A stretch of DNA of 63,429 nucleotides, the filler included, from Octopus bimaculoides (taxonomy: Eukaryota): assembly GCF_001194135.2 (NCBI RefSeq). It is 4 parts of 4 records of this genome, joined end to end, with 100 filler letters (N's around TTAATTAATTAA, not from the genome) between each part and the next. Parts side by side here need not be neighbours in the genome. Positions count along the whole stretch, not along the records: positions 1 to 25,429 come from NC_068994.1; positions 25,530 to 38,712 come from NC_068987.1; 2 more parts are not named here. One strand, 5' to 3'. A program made the position numbers and the translations under genes. Below the pieces are notes generated by a model. That model was given only the letters and a program-made list of their open reading frames with translations, had not been told where the DNA came from and did no database searches. Positions 12,775 through 25,624 of the stretch are shown here, in pieces (positions within the stretch are counted from its first letter, which is position 1; the number at the start of each line of letters is the position of its first letter).

Positions 12775-14221
12775 TATTGAACTGGTAAACCAATCTAGTT
12801 TGTGTAATAAATATATTTTAGCAGCGTAAAAACCTTCAGCATTAGCTAGTTTGATATTTTCATTCTTTTATTACAGCCAAGTGAACCTCGGTTTTGTATT
12901 CGTATGTTCGAAAAAATGAAATAAAATAAAATGAAACAAAATAAAATAAAATGAAACAATCAANNNNNNNNNNNNNNNNNNNNNNNNNNNNNNNNNNNNN
13001 NNNNNNNNNNNNNNNNNNNNNNNNNNNNNNNNNNNNNNNNNNNNNNNNNNNNNNNNNNNNNNNNNNNNNNNNNNNNNNNNNNNNNNNNNNNNNNNNNNNN
13101 NNNNNNNNNNNNNNNNNNNNNNNNNNNNNNNNNNNNNNNNNNNNNNNNNNNNNNNNNNNNNNNNNNNNNNNNNNNNNNNNNNNNNNNNATATATATATAA
13201 ACGTATGCATGTATGTATTTCGTGTGTGTGTGTGTGTGTGTGTGTGTGAGTGCGTGTGTGTATGTAGCGAGTAAGACATTTTTTTATATATGAAAACATG
13301 CCGAGTATATGGCTACAATACAGATTTTACAACGGTAAAATATTCAATATATATTTGAGATTGATCTCTCTACTAATTGAATTGTTTGTTCAAAATCCTT
13401 TGCAAGTTTTCCGTTATGACACCGTTGTTAGTTTAGCCTTAGTCCAATCCTAGTCAAACAAGTAGATCTTTAGTCCAACTCAATCTCAGCCATGGTAATC
13501 AATCAATCAATCTCATTTTTCTTTTCAAAATTTATCTTTTTTTTATATATTATATATATATATATATATCCTTGAAAATGGTTTGTTGTCATAAGGAGAT
13601 TTAGATGCAATTTCTAACAGGTCGAAATATCACAATCCCAGAATATGGTACCCCAGACTCTTAATCCATTTCGCCTAATTTCGTTTCTTTTTATACATCA
13701 AAGTTCAATAAAAAATCAAACAACAAAGAAATAACAAGAAAAAGGAACGGGGAATAAAAAAATCTAAACGAGTGAACTAAATGGAAATCGAACTCACATA
13801 CTTCAGATTCGTGACGAACGCTTTGCTAATGCTTGTATGACTATATTTATAATATCCCATGCAGTGGACACGGTGTTGCGGCCAGTGGCTTTCTGGTGAA
13901 TGGAGTCTTCGAACTTGGTTTTCACTTGGAACAAATGTCTTATTCCTTGGAAAATGAAGAATTACACAATATCCCATTTCTACGCTACAAAATTCCGAGA
14001 CTTCATGTTTGTCTAACTAAGCAATTATCATCATCATTATTATAATTACCATTATAATTATTAATCTAATTACTGCATTTTGTTTCTGGAAGATTTTTGA
14101 AGATAAAGGTTGCTGTTTCAAATCTTAATAAAGTTAACATCAATTCAACAAGGCCATACACGATTTACAGGTTTCTATTTTTCTTCTATGGCTGCTATGA
14201 AAAACATTTTAGAATATAGCA

Positions 14222-14255
<34 letters not shown>

Positions 14256-14894
14256 TGTGTGTCTGTGTGTCTGTGCACGCGTGTGTTTGTATGTGTGTGC
14301 ACGCGTGTGTTTGTATGTGTGTGCGAATGTTTGATGTCTGTCTTTTTATGGCGATGTTGGGTGTGTCCTAGCACCAAAATCTCTCTTTCGCCAGAATCAT
14401 GTGATTTAAGAGATAAATATACTAATAATGATGATGATATAATAATGATAATAATAACTGTTATCTACATAAACTCACGCGAATAATAATGATAGACAAA
14501 CACAGGTCTTTCATATATAAACACGAGTTTATAACTAAAACACAACCGCACTCACAACTCAGAATTACTGAGGTGTATGCAACCAGGTAATGCCATAGAA
14601 AAATTCGCATGAAACCGTTTAGTCTCATGCGAGTTTATAATAATAACCCTTTCGACTTTTAAGCCCAAGGCCTGAATTTTTTGGTGAGGGGAGGGGTAAG
14701 GTGGGGGGAGCGACGCGGAGCTTGTCGATTATATCGACCCCGATTCTCAAATTGGTGCTTAGTTCATCGACTCCAAAAAGACGAAAGACAAGGCCCGAAC
14801 TCGACAGAAATTGAATTCAGAATGGAAAACCGGAAGAAATACCGATAAATATTTTGTCCGGCTTGTAAAAAAAATAATTATTATAATAAAAATA

Positions 14895-15295
14895 ATAATA
14901 CTGCTTTCTACTGGAAGCACAAGGCCTCAAATTTGGGATAGGGGTGGGGGACTAGTCGATTACATCAACACCCGTGTGTTTCACTGCTACTTAATCTATC
15001 GACCCCCGAAAGGATGAAAGGCAAAGTCGACCTCGGCGAAATTTGAACTCAGAACGTAGCGACGGGCGAAATACCGCTAAGCGTTTCGTCCAGCGTGCTG
15101 ACGATTCTGCCAATAATAATAATAATAATGATAATCCTTTCTACAATAGGCACAAGGCCTGAAATTTTTGGGGGAAGGGGCCCGAGTCAATAACATTTAC
15201 CCAGTTTACGAATTTCATCGACAAGCAAATTCGGCGGAATTTGAAATGAGAACATAAAGACGGTCGAAATGCAGATAATCATTTCGTCCGGTATG
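14895..15295 (-). mobile_element. Two adjacent SINE family A monomers separated by (TAA)n
   Basis: Each carries the GCACAAGGCCT tail and GTCGA..CATC body. The first also has the GGCAAAGTCGACCTCGGCG core and head. Confidence 0.8.
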
Positions 15296-15659
15296 NNNNN
15301 NNNNNNNNNNNNNNNNNNNNNNNNNNNNNNNNNNNNNNNNNNNNNNNNNNNNNNNNNNNNNNNNNNNNNNNNNNNNNNNNNNNNNNNNNNNNNNNNNNNN
15401 NNNNNNNNNNNNNNNNNNNNNNNNNNNNNNNNNNNNNNNNNNNNNNNNNNNNNNNNNNNNNNNNNNNNNNNNNNNNNNNNNNNNNNNNNNNNNNNNNNNN
15501 NNNNNNNNNNNNNNNNNNNNNNNNNNNNNNNNNNNNNNNNNNNNNNNNNNNNNNNNNNNNNNNNNNNNNNNNNNNNNNNNNNNNNNNNNNNNNNNNNNNN
15601 NNNNAGCGTACATAAAACTTTACATATAGACAGAAAGGTGTGTGTGTGTATGAATAAAT

Positions 15660-15694
<35 letters not shown>

Positions 15695-15696
15695 AA

Positions 15697-15728
<32 letters not shown>

Positions 15729-16927
15729 ACGCCACACGTCCATTTGCAAATATATATATATATATATATAACTTTTATAAGGAATATTCTAAAAGAATAT
15801 GTAACTGAACTTATTTTGAGTGCTCTATTATTTTGAGCAAATAAATATATATATGTGTGTGTTTTTATATTATTAATAAATTCATAAAATTATCAATAAT
15901 TATCAATTATTGATAATTTTATGAATTTATTAATAATATAAAAACACACACACACATATATATATATATATGTATATATACAGAGAAAGAGAGAGGGGTA
16001 CATATGCATGTTTATGCAGCTACAATAGTAATTAAAGGTAAACCGTAAAACTAGAAGGTGTAGAGAGAGAAAGAGTGAGACAGGAGAGAGAGAGAGAGAG
16101 CTAGATATCAGAAAGTTCCAGAGACCTGCAAAGTTTTGTGTTTCTTTAAAAGTTTTTAAAAGAATTGTTGATAGAAAAAAAGAATAAATATCGTGTGCAC
16201 ATAGTTTCATATAACAGATGGAGATAAAACGTAGAGGAGACACTTAAAACATTATAAGGAAAAAAGAATTAAAGAGAATAATTGTTGTACACTACCATGA
16301 ATGAAAACCGGCAGCCGAGAGGTGTTGCCATGACAGGTTGTCGAGTGATTGTGTGTGAGTGAGGGAGTGCAAATGAGTGAGAGAGGGAAGTGCGGGGGGA
16401 AAAAGTTAGGCGGTGGGTGAAGGAGGAAGGAAGAGCGAGCGAGTGGGGTAAGAGGGAGGGAGGAAGAGAAAGAGTAAGAAGTGGAAGGATGAGAGAAAGG
16501 AAAATAAGCGTAAAGATAAAGAGTATCAATGAAGAATGAGGAGGGAGAGAGAGGAGAGAGTTTGCAGGTGAGATCGACTGATGTTGAGAGAGAGAGAGGG
16601 GGGAGAAGGATGAGAAAATAAAGACAGAGAAAATGAAGAAAGAAAGACAAAAAAGAGAATGAAAGAGAGAAAGAGAGAGAGAGAGATTAGAAATATGAAA
16701 GAAGCAGAGTCGGCAGACGACAACAAAATAACCAAACGACATGAGAGAGAGAGGGGGGAGAGACAGACAGAGAGAAAGTGTGAAAAGAGGAGGTGAAGAA
16801 CAGGTGGGGGATGACTTCGAAGATGAGGGGAAGTAGTAGGAGAGTGTAAGTGAAAAAGAAAGAGAAAAAGAAATTGGATAGCCAGAAATTGGCAGACGAC
16901 ACGAAACAAAGATAGAGCGAGAACTCG

Positions 16928-16964
<37 letters not shown>

Positions 16965-17218
16965 AGAGAGAGTATGGGAAAGAGAAGGAGAGAGTGTGGG
17001 AGTAAGTTACAGAGGAGAGAAGGTGGTGAAAGAGGAAAGAGTAAAAGAGACAATAAGGAAAGAGAGAAAGAAAAAGATTTGTAGAGGACGTAGAGAGAAG
17101 GAAAGACAAAAAAACGTAAAAGACGAGAAGAAGAAGAAGAAGAAGAAGAAGAAGAGTAGGAGGAGGGAAAGAGACATTGAAAGACAGGAAGTCAGAAAGG
17201 CAGAATCAGCAGACGGAA

Positions 17219-17254
<36 letters not shown>

Positions 17255-17329
17255 TCAAGTGTGTATATGCGTGTGTGCGTTTAGAGAGAATATATGTGAA
17301 TGTGAGAGATAGATAGCGAGGTAGATAGG

Positions 17330-17330
17330 C

Positions 17331-17361
<31 letters not shown>

Positions 17362-17392
17362 AAAACAGACGACAGACAGAAAGGCAGACGAC

Positions 17393-17446
<54 letters not shown>

Positions 17447-17591
17447 ATAATTAGAGAAAATGAGCGAGAGAGAGAGAGAGCAAAAATGAAGAGAGGGTAT
17501 AGTACTTCAGGAGAGACAGAGAGTGAAAGAGAGAGAAATGAGAAAAAGCTTCGAATGCTATAATAACAATTATGAAAGTTTTAAAATAATA

Positions 17592-17652
<61 letters not shown>
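17330..17652. repeat. (GATA)n and (TAA)n microsatellites
   Basis: Directly visible. Confidence 0.95.
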
Positions 17653-18220
17653 NNNNNNNNNNTCTGAATGAGGGGGAAAAAAATAAGATGAAAGAGTTTT
17701 TCTCTCCATCAATCTAGAGAGAAAGAGAGAAAGAGAGAGAGAGAGAAAGGAATGGCGTCGAAAGACAGAAATATTGTGGAGCAGACGACAGAACCAAAGT
17801 GAGTGAGAGAGAAAGTGAATGAGTGAAAGTATGAGTAAATGAGTGAGTGAAAGTGCGTGCATATGTGTGAGTGTGTATGTGTGTGTGTATGTGAGAGGGG
17901 GAGGGTGAAAGAGACAGGGGGGTGCAAGGAAACCGCAGTAATAACGACTTGTATCCATATTGGCATAGGGCCACAACGCTTTTTGTAAGAAGAAGGAGAA
18001 TTAGTGGTTTAACATTATAGCTTAGTACACGATTTACAGTAAGTACTTCACTTATCTAGGGAGGAATGTTACGTAAAATTGACCCCGGGTGAAATTTGAA
18101 CTCGGAATGCCATGCATCATAACTAAGTGCCGTAAAGTGTTTTAGCTAATGTGCTATACTTTTCTGTCATTTTGTTTTCGGAATGGTAATAATAATAATA
18201 ATGATAACAATAATAATAAT

Positions 18221-18641
18221 AATCCTTTCTGCTATAGGCGCAAAGCCTGAAATTTTGGGGAGGGGGATAATCAATTACATTGATCCCAGTACTCAACTGG
18301 TACTTAATTTATCGACCCCCGAAAGGATAAAAAGGCAAAGTCGACCTCGATGGAATTTGAACTCAGAACTTTAAGACAGATGAAATACCGCTAAGCATTT
18401 CGTCCGGCGTGCTAACGTTTCTTATTTCTTTACTGCCCACAAGGGGCTACACACAGAGGGGACAAACAAGGACAGATAAACGGATTAAGTCGATTAGATC
18501 GACCCCAGTGCGTAACTGGTACTTAATTTATCGACCCCGAAAGGATGAAAGGCAAAGTCGACCTCGGCGGAATTTGAACTCAGAACATAAAAACAGACGA
18601 GATACCGCTAAGCATTTCTCCCGGTGTGCTAAAGTTTCTGG
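18221..18641 (-). mobile_element. Dimeric SINE family A
   Basis: Same two-unit structure and junction (GCTAACGTTTCTTATTTCTTTA..GCCCACAAGGGG on + strand) as 3432-3843. Confidence 0.85.
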
Positions 18642-19453
18642 NNNNNNNNNNNNNNNNNNNNNNNNNNNNNNNNNNNNNNNNNNNNNNNNNNNNNNNNNNN
18701 NNNNNNNNNNNNNNNNNNNNNNNNNNNNNNNNNNNNNNNNNNNNNNNNNNNNNNNNNNNNNNNNNNNNNNNNNNNNNNNNNNNNNNNNNNNNNNNNNNNN
18801 NNNNNNNNNNNNNNNNNNNNNNNNNNNNNNNNNNNNNNNNNNNNNNNNNNNNNNNNNNNNNNNNNNNNNNNNNNNNNNNNNNNNNNNNNNNNNNNNNNNN
18901 NNNNNNNNNNNNNNNNNNNNNNNNNNNNNNNNNNNNNNNNNNNNNNNNNNNNNNNNNNNNNNNNNNNNNNNNNNNNNNNNNNNNNNNNNNNNNNNNNNNN
19001 NNNNNNNNNNNNNNNNNNNNNNNNNNNNNNNNNNNNNNNNNNNNNNNNNNNNNNNNNNNNNNNNNNNNNNNNNNNNNNNNNNNNNNNNNNNNNNNNNNNN
19101 NNNNNNNNNNNNNNNNNNNNNNNNNNNNNNNNNNNNNNNNNNNNNNNNNNNNNNNNNNNNNNNNNNNNNNNNNNNNNNNNNNNNNNNNNNNNNNNNNNNN
19201 NNNNNNNNNNNNNNNNNNNNNNNNNNNNNNNNNNNNNNNNNNNNNNNNNNNNNNNNNNNNNNNNNNNNNNNNNNNNNNNNNNNNNNNNNNNNNNNNNNNN
19301 NNNNNNNNNNNNNNNNNNNNNNNNNNNNNNNNNNNNNNNNNNNNNNNNNNNNNNNNNNNNNNNNNNNNNNNNNNNNNNNNNNNNNNNNNNNNNNNNNNNN
19401 NNNNNNNNNNNNNNNNNNNNNNNNNNNNNNNNNNNNNNNNNNNNNNNNNNNNN

Positions 19454-19820
19454 NCAACCACATGGTTCCGGGTTCAGTCCCACTGCATGGCACCTTGGTC
19501 AAGTAGCTACTATTAAACACTCGGGCCGAAAAAAATCTTTGTGAGCGGATTTGGTAGAGGAAATTTGGTAGATGTGTGTGTGTGTGTGTGTGTGTGTGTT
19601 TGTCTCCCACAACTGCTTTATAGCCGGTATTGGTGTGCTTGCGTCCCCGTAACCTAGCAGTTCGGCAAAAGTGGCCGATAGAATAAGTAACAGGATTTTT
19701 AAAAAAAACTGTGTTAAGTAACAGGGTTGATTCATTCGACTAAATATTTATTGAAGGTGGTGCCCCAGCATGGCCGCAGTCTAATGACTGAAACAAGAAA
19801 AAGAATAAAGAGTAAAAGAG
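19454..19820 (+). mobile_element. SINE family B, near full length
   Basis: GGTTCAGTCCC B-box, CORE-like GGCACCTTGGTCAAGT, internal (TG)n and AAAGAGTAAAAGAG tail. Confidence 0.85.
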
Positions 19821-20285
19821 GATAAGCACAAGGTGTGAATTAGGTTAGTTGATTAAACCATCCACAGTATATGTCTGGTACTTTATTTTGTCGTCCCAAG
19901 AATGATGAAAGGTAAACAAGACGCCGTCAGAATTTGAACACAGAATATAAAAAAAAACGCAAATACTACCAAAATATTTTGTTCAATATTCTACCTAGCA
20001 CCGTATTTATATAAACGGAGGCCCTAGGCTATTCTGTCTGTAGGACCCCCACCCCAAGTGTCTATGACAGTGATTTCTTTATCAGCCATAAAGGTCAAAA
20101 TATAGAGTGGACGATACTTGGACAGACAAAGGGGTCGGGGGACGAATGGAACATATAATCGATGATAAATGAGTATAAAATTCGGATAAGAAACGAAAAT
20201 GAATGAAAAAATAATTATGAATTGAGGTACGTGGCCGACCCCACAAAACACATTCAAACACTGAATCCTTTGGTAGACTTTTTAA

Positions 20286-20505
20286 CCCTTTAGTGGTCAG
20301 ATTACTCTGTTAAATGTAATACTTTTTCACTCAAATTGTTTTGAATTAATCATACATTATCTTATAGCTTTGAAGTTTCAATGATGTGATTGTTTATTTT
20401 TAGAATGTCAATGTAGGTTAGGTGTAAGAGGCTAGATATGGCTAGTTCAAATATAAAACATGTAGAATATCTGGGCGAGATATGGCCGGTTTAAACACTA
20501 AAGAG
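20286..20505. mobile_element. piggyBac-type MITE, copy 1
   Basis: TTAA|CCCTTTAGTG ... CACTAAAGAG|TTAA: terminal inverted repeats with TTAA on both sides. Confidence 0.75.
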
Positions 20506-20616
20506 TTAAATGTTCTTCTAACTTTAGTGTGTTTCAGCCATCACCATCCTTAAAGCCATGCTAGAGCACATCTACTCATTGCAAATAGCTGACATAATTT
20601 TCATTTAGATAATTAA

Positions 20617-20827
20617 CACTTTAGTGTTCAGATTACTCTGTTGCTTTTTCACTCAAATCATTTAGAATTAATCATGGATTATCTTATAGCTTTGAAGTTT
20701 CAATGATGTGATTGTTTATTTTTAGAATGTCAATGTAGGTTAGGTGTAAGAGGCTAGATATCGCCTGTTTGAATATAAAACTTGTAGAATATCTGGGCGA
20801 GATATGACCGGTTTAAACACTAAAGGG
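20617..20827. mobile_element. piggyBac-type MITE, copy 2
   Basis: TTAA|CACTTTAGTG ... CACTAAAGGG|TTAA, highly similar to copy 1 throughout. Confidence 0.75.
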
Positions 20828-20834
20828 TTAATTT

Positions 20835-21369
20835 CTCGTTCAAACAGGTTCATTTATTCTCAACAGTCTTCCTACAGTCGTCCATCTTTTCCGAAATATT
20901 CCGTGCGACAGGCATTTCTTCTCCATCCTTATTTTCCTTTTCATATGGAAAAGGATTAAAGTTCACCAACCCAAGGCTGGAAGTGAACGTGCCTGTCACG
21001 ACCCCTTTCACTCTCGTCTTCCACAACTACCTCCTTCGCCGTAGCTACTACGCAGAGGAAAGAAGCCTGCTCTTCCTTATTGAAAGCAAGATGGCGGAAC
21101 AATCTTACTTATAGACTCGGTTAACAGTTGTACTCTTCTCAGGTACGACAACAGTTGTTCGACATGAAACCACTGTTGTGCGTCACACCTAAGACCATCA
21201 GCCTGCCCTCCGGGTCAACTCAGGATAAAGCCTGCAGCCCATTCAGTTTGGTTTCGGTAGTAACTACTAAATCCAAACTAAGCGACCTGAGGTCGTCAGT
21301 GAGACAATTTTGCTTCCAATCCGAACGCAGTCCGCGCACGTTTATGCAACCTACGTTGAACGAGACCAT
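20835..21369 (-). pseudogene. Tx1/L1-clade LINE ORF2 remnant: APE endonuclease N-terminus joined to the ORF2 C-terminus
   Basis: From ATG at 21369: MVSFNVGCINVRGLRSDWKQNCLTDDLRSLSLDLVVTTETKL...VDPEGRLMVLGV (APE motifs NVRG, ETK, D..GR). After frameshifts: FLCVVATAKEVV.KTRVKG...GLVNF..HMKRKIRMEKKCLSHGIFRKRWTTVGRLLRINE, which aligns by eye with the ORF at 58715-58919. Confidence 0.7.
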
Positions 21370-21699
21370 GAAGCAGTCTTACCTTTCAAGGAGGGAGAAT
21401 GGTTATCCCTCCTACATCGTTTTTTCTTGCGTCGTGGTTGGGGGTGGGGGCTTTATGAATGGTTCCACGTGTCTATGACAGTGTGAGGGACATTACGTAG
21501 TTTGGCCAGAGGTTGGAGGGTCCCAAGATATTTAGCTTACTAAACCTAGGGGAAAACTCGATACGGGCTCCGCCTCTTCTGCCATCACCTACAATGTTAT
21601 TATTATATGACAGGAGAAAATATGGCGGGATCGTTAGCGCGTCGGGCAAAATGCTTTGCGGCACATACATGCATGGACGGACATAGAGACACAAGCATA

Positions 21700-21894
21700 C
21701 ACACACACATACATTCACGGACACAGAGACACAAGCATATACACACACACAATCAAACACACACACACTCACATACATTCACGGACACAGACAAGCATAC
21801 ACACACTCACACACACACATTCTCTCTCTCTCACACACACACTCTCTCTCTCTCTCACACACACTCTCTCTCTCTCACACACACACACTCTCTC

Positions 21895-21951
<57 letters not shown>

Positions 21952-21974
21952 TCTCTCTCTCTCTCACACACACA

Positions 21975-22026
<52 letters not shown>
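21700..22026. repeat. Compound CA/CT microsatellite
   Basis: Directly visible. Confidence 0.95.
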
Positions 22027-22030
<4 letters not shown>

Positions 22031-23426
22031 AAGGAGAAGATAATATGGAATGAACAATACAATACTGGTGAGAGGTATCAGATGTTTCAAATTGAGTGAA
22101 ATGCGTCGACAGAAGAAGGTTTAGAGAAATGACTAGCTGAGATTAGAAACCGCATCGCAGACATTACAGCAGGCGGGTAGATTTGGGGCGGGATATATAC
22201 TTTAGAAAACTGATAGACATACACATAGTCATTTACATACGTTACATATATACGTTGATATTTCCACACCGTAGAAATATATATATATATATTATTTTAC
22301 TTGTTTCAGTCATTTGACTGCAGCCATGCTGGAGCACCGCCTTTAGTCGAGCAAATCGACCTCAGGACTTATTCTATCGGTCTCTTTTGCCGAACCGCTA
22401 ATGTTACGGGGACCTAAACACGCCAACATCGGNNNNNNNNNNNNNNNNNNNNNNNNNNNNNNNNNNNNNNNNNNNNNNNNNNNNNNNNNNNNNNNNNNNN
22501 NNNNNNNNNNNNNNNNNNNNNNNNNNNNNNNNNNNNNNNNNNNNNNNNNNNNNNNNNNNNNNNNNNNNNNNNNNNNNNNNNNNNNNNNNNNNNNNNNNNN
22601 NNNNNNNNNNNNNNNNNNNNNNNNNNNNNNNNNNNNNNNNNNNNNNNNNNNNNNNNNNNNNNNNNNNNNNNNNNNNNNNNNNNNNNNNNNNNNNNNNNNN
22701 NNNNNNNNNNNNNNNNNNNNNNNNNNNNNNNNNNNNNNNNNNNNNNNNNNNNNNNNNNNNNNNNNNNNNNNNNNNNNNNNNNNNNNNNNNNNNNNNNNNN
22801 NNNNNNNNNNNNNNNNNNNNNNNNNNNNNNNNNNNNNNNNNNNNNNNNNNNNNNNNNNNNNNNNNNNNNNNNNNNNNNNNNNNNNNNNNNNNNNNNNNNN
22901 NNNNNNNNNNNNNNNNNNNNNNNNNNNNNNNNNNNNNNNNNNNNNNNNNNNNNNNNNNNNNNNNNNNNNNNNNNNNNNNNNNNNNNNNNNNNNNNNNNNN
23001 NNNNNNNNNNNNNNNNNNNNNNNNNNNNNNNNNNNNNNNNNNNNNNNNNNNNNNNNNNNNNNNNNNNNNNNNNNNNNNNNNNNNNNNNNNNNNNNNNNNN
23101 NNNNNNNNNNNNNNNNNNNNNNNNNNNNNNNNNNNNNNNNNNNNNNNNNNNNNNNNNNNNNNNNNNNNNNNNNNNNNNNNNNNNNNNNNNNNNNNNNNNN
23201 NNNNNNNNNNNNNNNNNNNNNNNNNNNNNNNNNNNNNNNNNNNNNNNNNNNNNNNNNNNNNNNNNNNNNNNNNNNNNNNNNNNNNNNNNNNNNNNNNNNN
23301 NNNNNNNNNNNNNNNNNNNNNNNNNNNNNNNNNNNNNNNNNNNNNNNNNNNNNNNNNNNNNNNNNNNNNNNNNNNNNNNNNNNAGAAATATAACAAAAAA
23401 CTGTTGCTCGGAGTTTCACGTTGCCG

Positions 23427-23457
<31 letters not shown>

Positions 23458-23881
23458 CAACAAAGAAAGAGAGAAGCAGAGAGGGAGATATAGTGACAGA
23501 GAGAGAGAAAGAAGAGGAAGAAGAAGAGGGAGGAGGAAGAGGATTAAAGCGAATAAGTGAATTAATAACAAAGAGAAAATAGCGGAACAGAAGGGAGAAG
23601 ACACGATTTGGGGAAAGAAATCACAAAATGGCTGACGTTTATTTGTAAAGATAAGAAAAGTAAAAGGAGTAGAAAGAGGGAGAATATGAAAGACAAAGAG
23701 AGGGGTAATGGATGTAGATAGAGTGAGAGATTGGTGTTTGAAGTGACAGGTAGATGTCCGTTATATATACGGGAAGAGATGAGAACATGGCGGAGGGAGA
23801 GAAATGTGAAGAAGAAGGGATAAGCAGAGAAGGGAAAGAATGGAACGCGGGAGAATTGTTGGGGCAAGAGAGAAAGAGAGA

Positions 23882-23915
<34 letters not shown>

Positions 23916-24262
23916 NNNNNNNNNNNNNNNNNNNNNNNNNNNNNNNNNNNNNNNNNNNNNNNNNNNNNNNNNNNNNNNNNNNNNNNNNNNNNNNNNNNNN
24001 NNNNNNNNNNNNNNNCGGGCTTCTTTCAATTTCCGTCTACCAAATCCACTCACAAGGCTTTGGTATATATATTTACATTCAAATATGTATATATGTCAGG
24101 AACCACAAGCCACAGTTGCAGTTTTTAAAATAACAAAGCTCGTAAATTACCTGCGAAACGCTTTCTTGGATTTCCGTAGACCTAAGCAACACATTAATAT
24201 GATTCAAGAAAGCTACAATCCGCCATTTATAAACACTAACATACCCTATCATTTACCTTCGC

Positions 24263-24422
24263 CAGGGCCATCTTAAGGCATTAGTACACTGGGAAGTTTC
24301 CCATGGGACCCACAAGACTGGGGACCCTGTACATGTTGTGGCTTGCGAGTCAAGAAATATATATTATAGGGCTTTATGCATTGAATTCCTCAGGGGCCTG
24401 TAATGCTGCTAAGGTGGCTCTG
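24263..24422. mobile_element. hAT-type MITE
   Basis: TIRs CAGGGCCATCTTA and TAAGGTGGCTCTG, with an 8-bp TSD ACCTTCGC / ACCTCCGC (7 of 8 identical). Confidence 0.8.
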
Positions 24423-24719
24423 ACCTCCGCCATGTTAATTCTCTTTACATTATAAGTCTGAGTATATCATTACTAGCATTTTGCTTTCTCTTCCTTATCT
24501 TCCTTTTCTATTCTTTCTTCTTTGCTCTATTTTCCCCCCACCCCACCCACTACTGCGTGTCCTTTATTTTTCTTTCCTCTTTCCTCCTCTATTCCCTAAT
24601 TATATATATTATCTTCTGGTAACGAAACTCAATTTCGTCTCTCTCTGTATCCTTCGCTCTATTTTGGGGCCAACCTGTAAGAGTGTATAATATATATATA
24701 TATTATATGTTCTTTTATT

Positions 24720-24868
24720 CTTTTATTCTTTTACTTGCTTCAGACATTTGAACGCGGCTATGCTGGAGTACCGCCTTTAGTTCGAACAAATCGACCCCAG
24801 GGACTTAGTCTTTGTAAGCCTAGTACTTGTTCTACCGGTCACTTTTGCCGAACCGCTAAGTTACGGGT
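24720..24868 (-). mobile_element. SINE family B 3' part
   Basis: TTTTACTTGCTTCAG...GGAGTACCGCCTTTAG...TTTGCCGAACCGCTAAGTTACGGG. Confidence 0.8.
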
Positions 24869-24949
24869 TTAGCCACAGGTCATCTCTGGTCGAGAGTGGC
24901 AATATAGTCAATGACGTTACAGTGGTGATCAACGCAACCAACAATACAG

Positions 24950-24976
24950 CCACTACTACTATTGCTGCTGCTACTG

Positions 24977-25017
<41 letters not shown>

Positions 25018-25140
25018 GCTGCTGCCACTACGATGTTCTCCTACTCCTCCTCCACCAACACCATCACCACCACCACCACCACTATAACTACTATGGCTAC
25101 TGCTGCTGCTACTACTACTACTACTACTACTGCTACTACA
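24950..25140. repeat. (ACT)/(GCT)/(ACC) trinucleotide repeats
   Basis: Directly visible. Confidence 0.9.
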
Positions 25141-25241
25141 TCACCGCCCCGCCCTCCCTTTACACACTAACCTCGAAATAAGCTTATGCGTTGCTGGGTG
25201 AGGATATACGAAAAATGCTGCTGATGGTATACAAAGGAGAG

Positions 25242-25287
<46 letters not shown>

Positions 25288-25429
25288 AGAGAGAGAGAAA
25301 GAAGGGTATATAAGAAGGGGCCTGGTAGTGGGAGGGACCGCGAAATAGTTTTAATGAAGAGAGGAAGGACCGAAGATGATAACTGACTTTAAGATTATCT
25401 ACACCTCCGGTCACCTGACTACTACACGC

Positions 25430-25529
25430 NNNNNNNNNNNNNNNNNNNNNNNNNNNNNNNNNNNNNNNNNNNNTTAATTAATTAANNNNNNNNNNNNNNN
25501 NNNNNNNNNNNNNNNNNNNNNNNNNNNNN
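25430..25529. other. Artificial scaffold-join linker (44 N + TTAATTAATTAA + 44 N)
   Basis: Exactly 100 bp, identical structure three times in the window; the 12-mer has TAA in all six frames. Confidence 0.9.
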
Positions 25530-25551
25530 GATTATTATTATTATTACTATT

Positions 25552-25610
<59 letters not shown>

Positions 25611-25624
25611 CATTATTACTATTA

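Noticed and set aside
13777-14045. Overlapping 66-70-aa ORFs on both strands
   Set aside because: No family recognised and splice support is weak.
19770-19820. SINE B tail CAGTC-TAAT-GACTGAAACAAG as a hammerhead
   Set aside because: It has a hairpin followed by GAAAC but no CUGANGA upstream in any copy; more likely a LINE-type 3' stem-loop.
24922-25170. Thr/Ala-rich mucin-like ORF
   Set aside because: It is entirely explained by trinucleotide repeats.
25300-25330. TATA-like GGGTATATAAGAAGGGG after a GA repeat
   Set aside because: No downstream gene evidence, and it lies next to a scaffold join.
25474-25485. TTAATTAATTAA as a biological palindrome or binding site
   Set aside because: It is always centred in exactly 88 Ns, three times, so it is an assembly linker.
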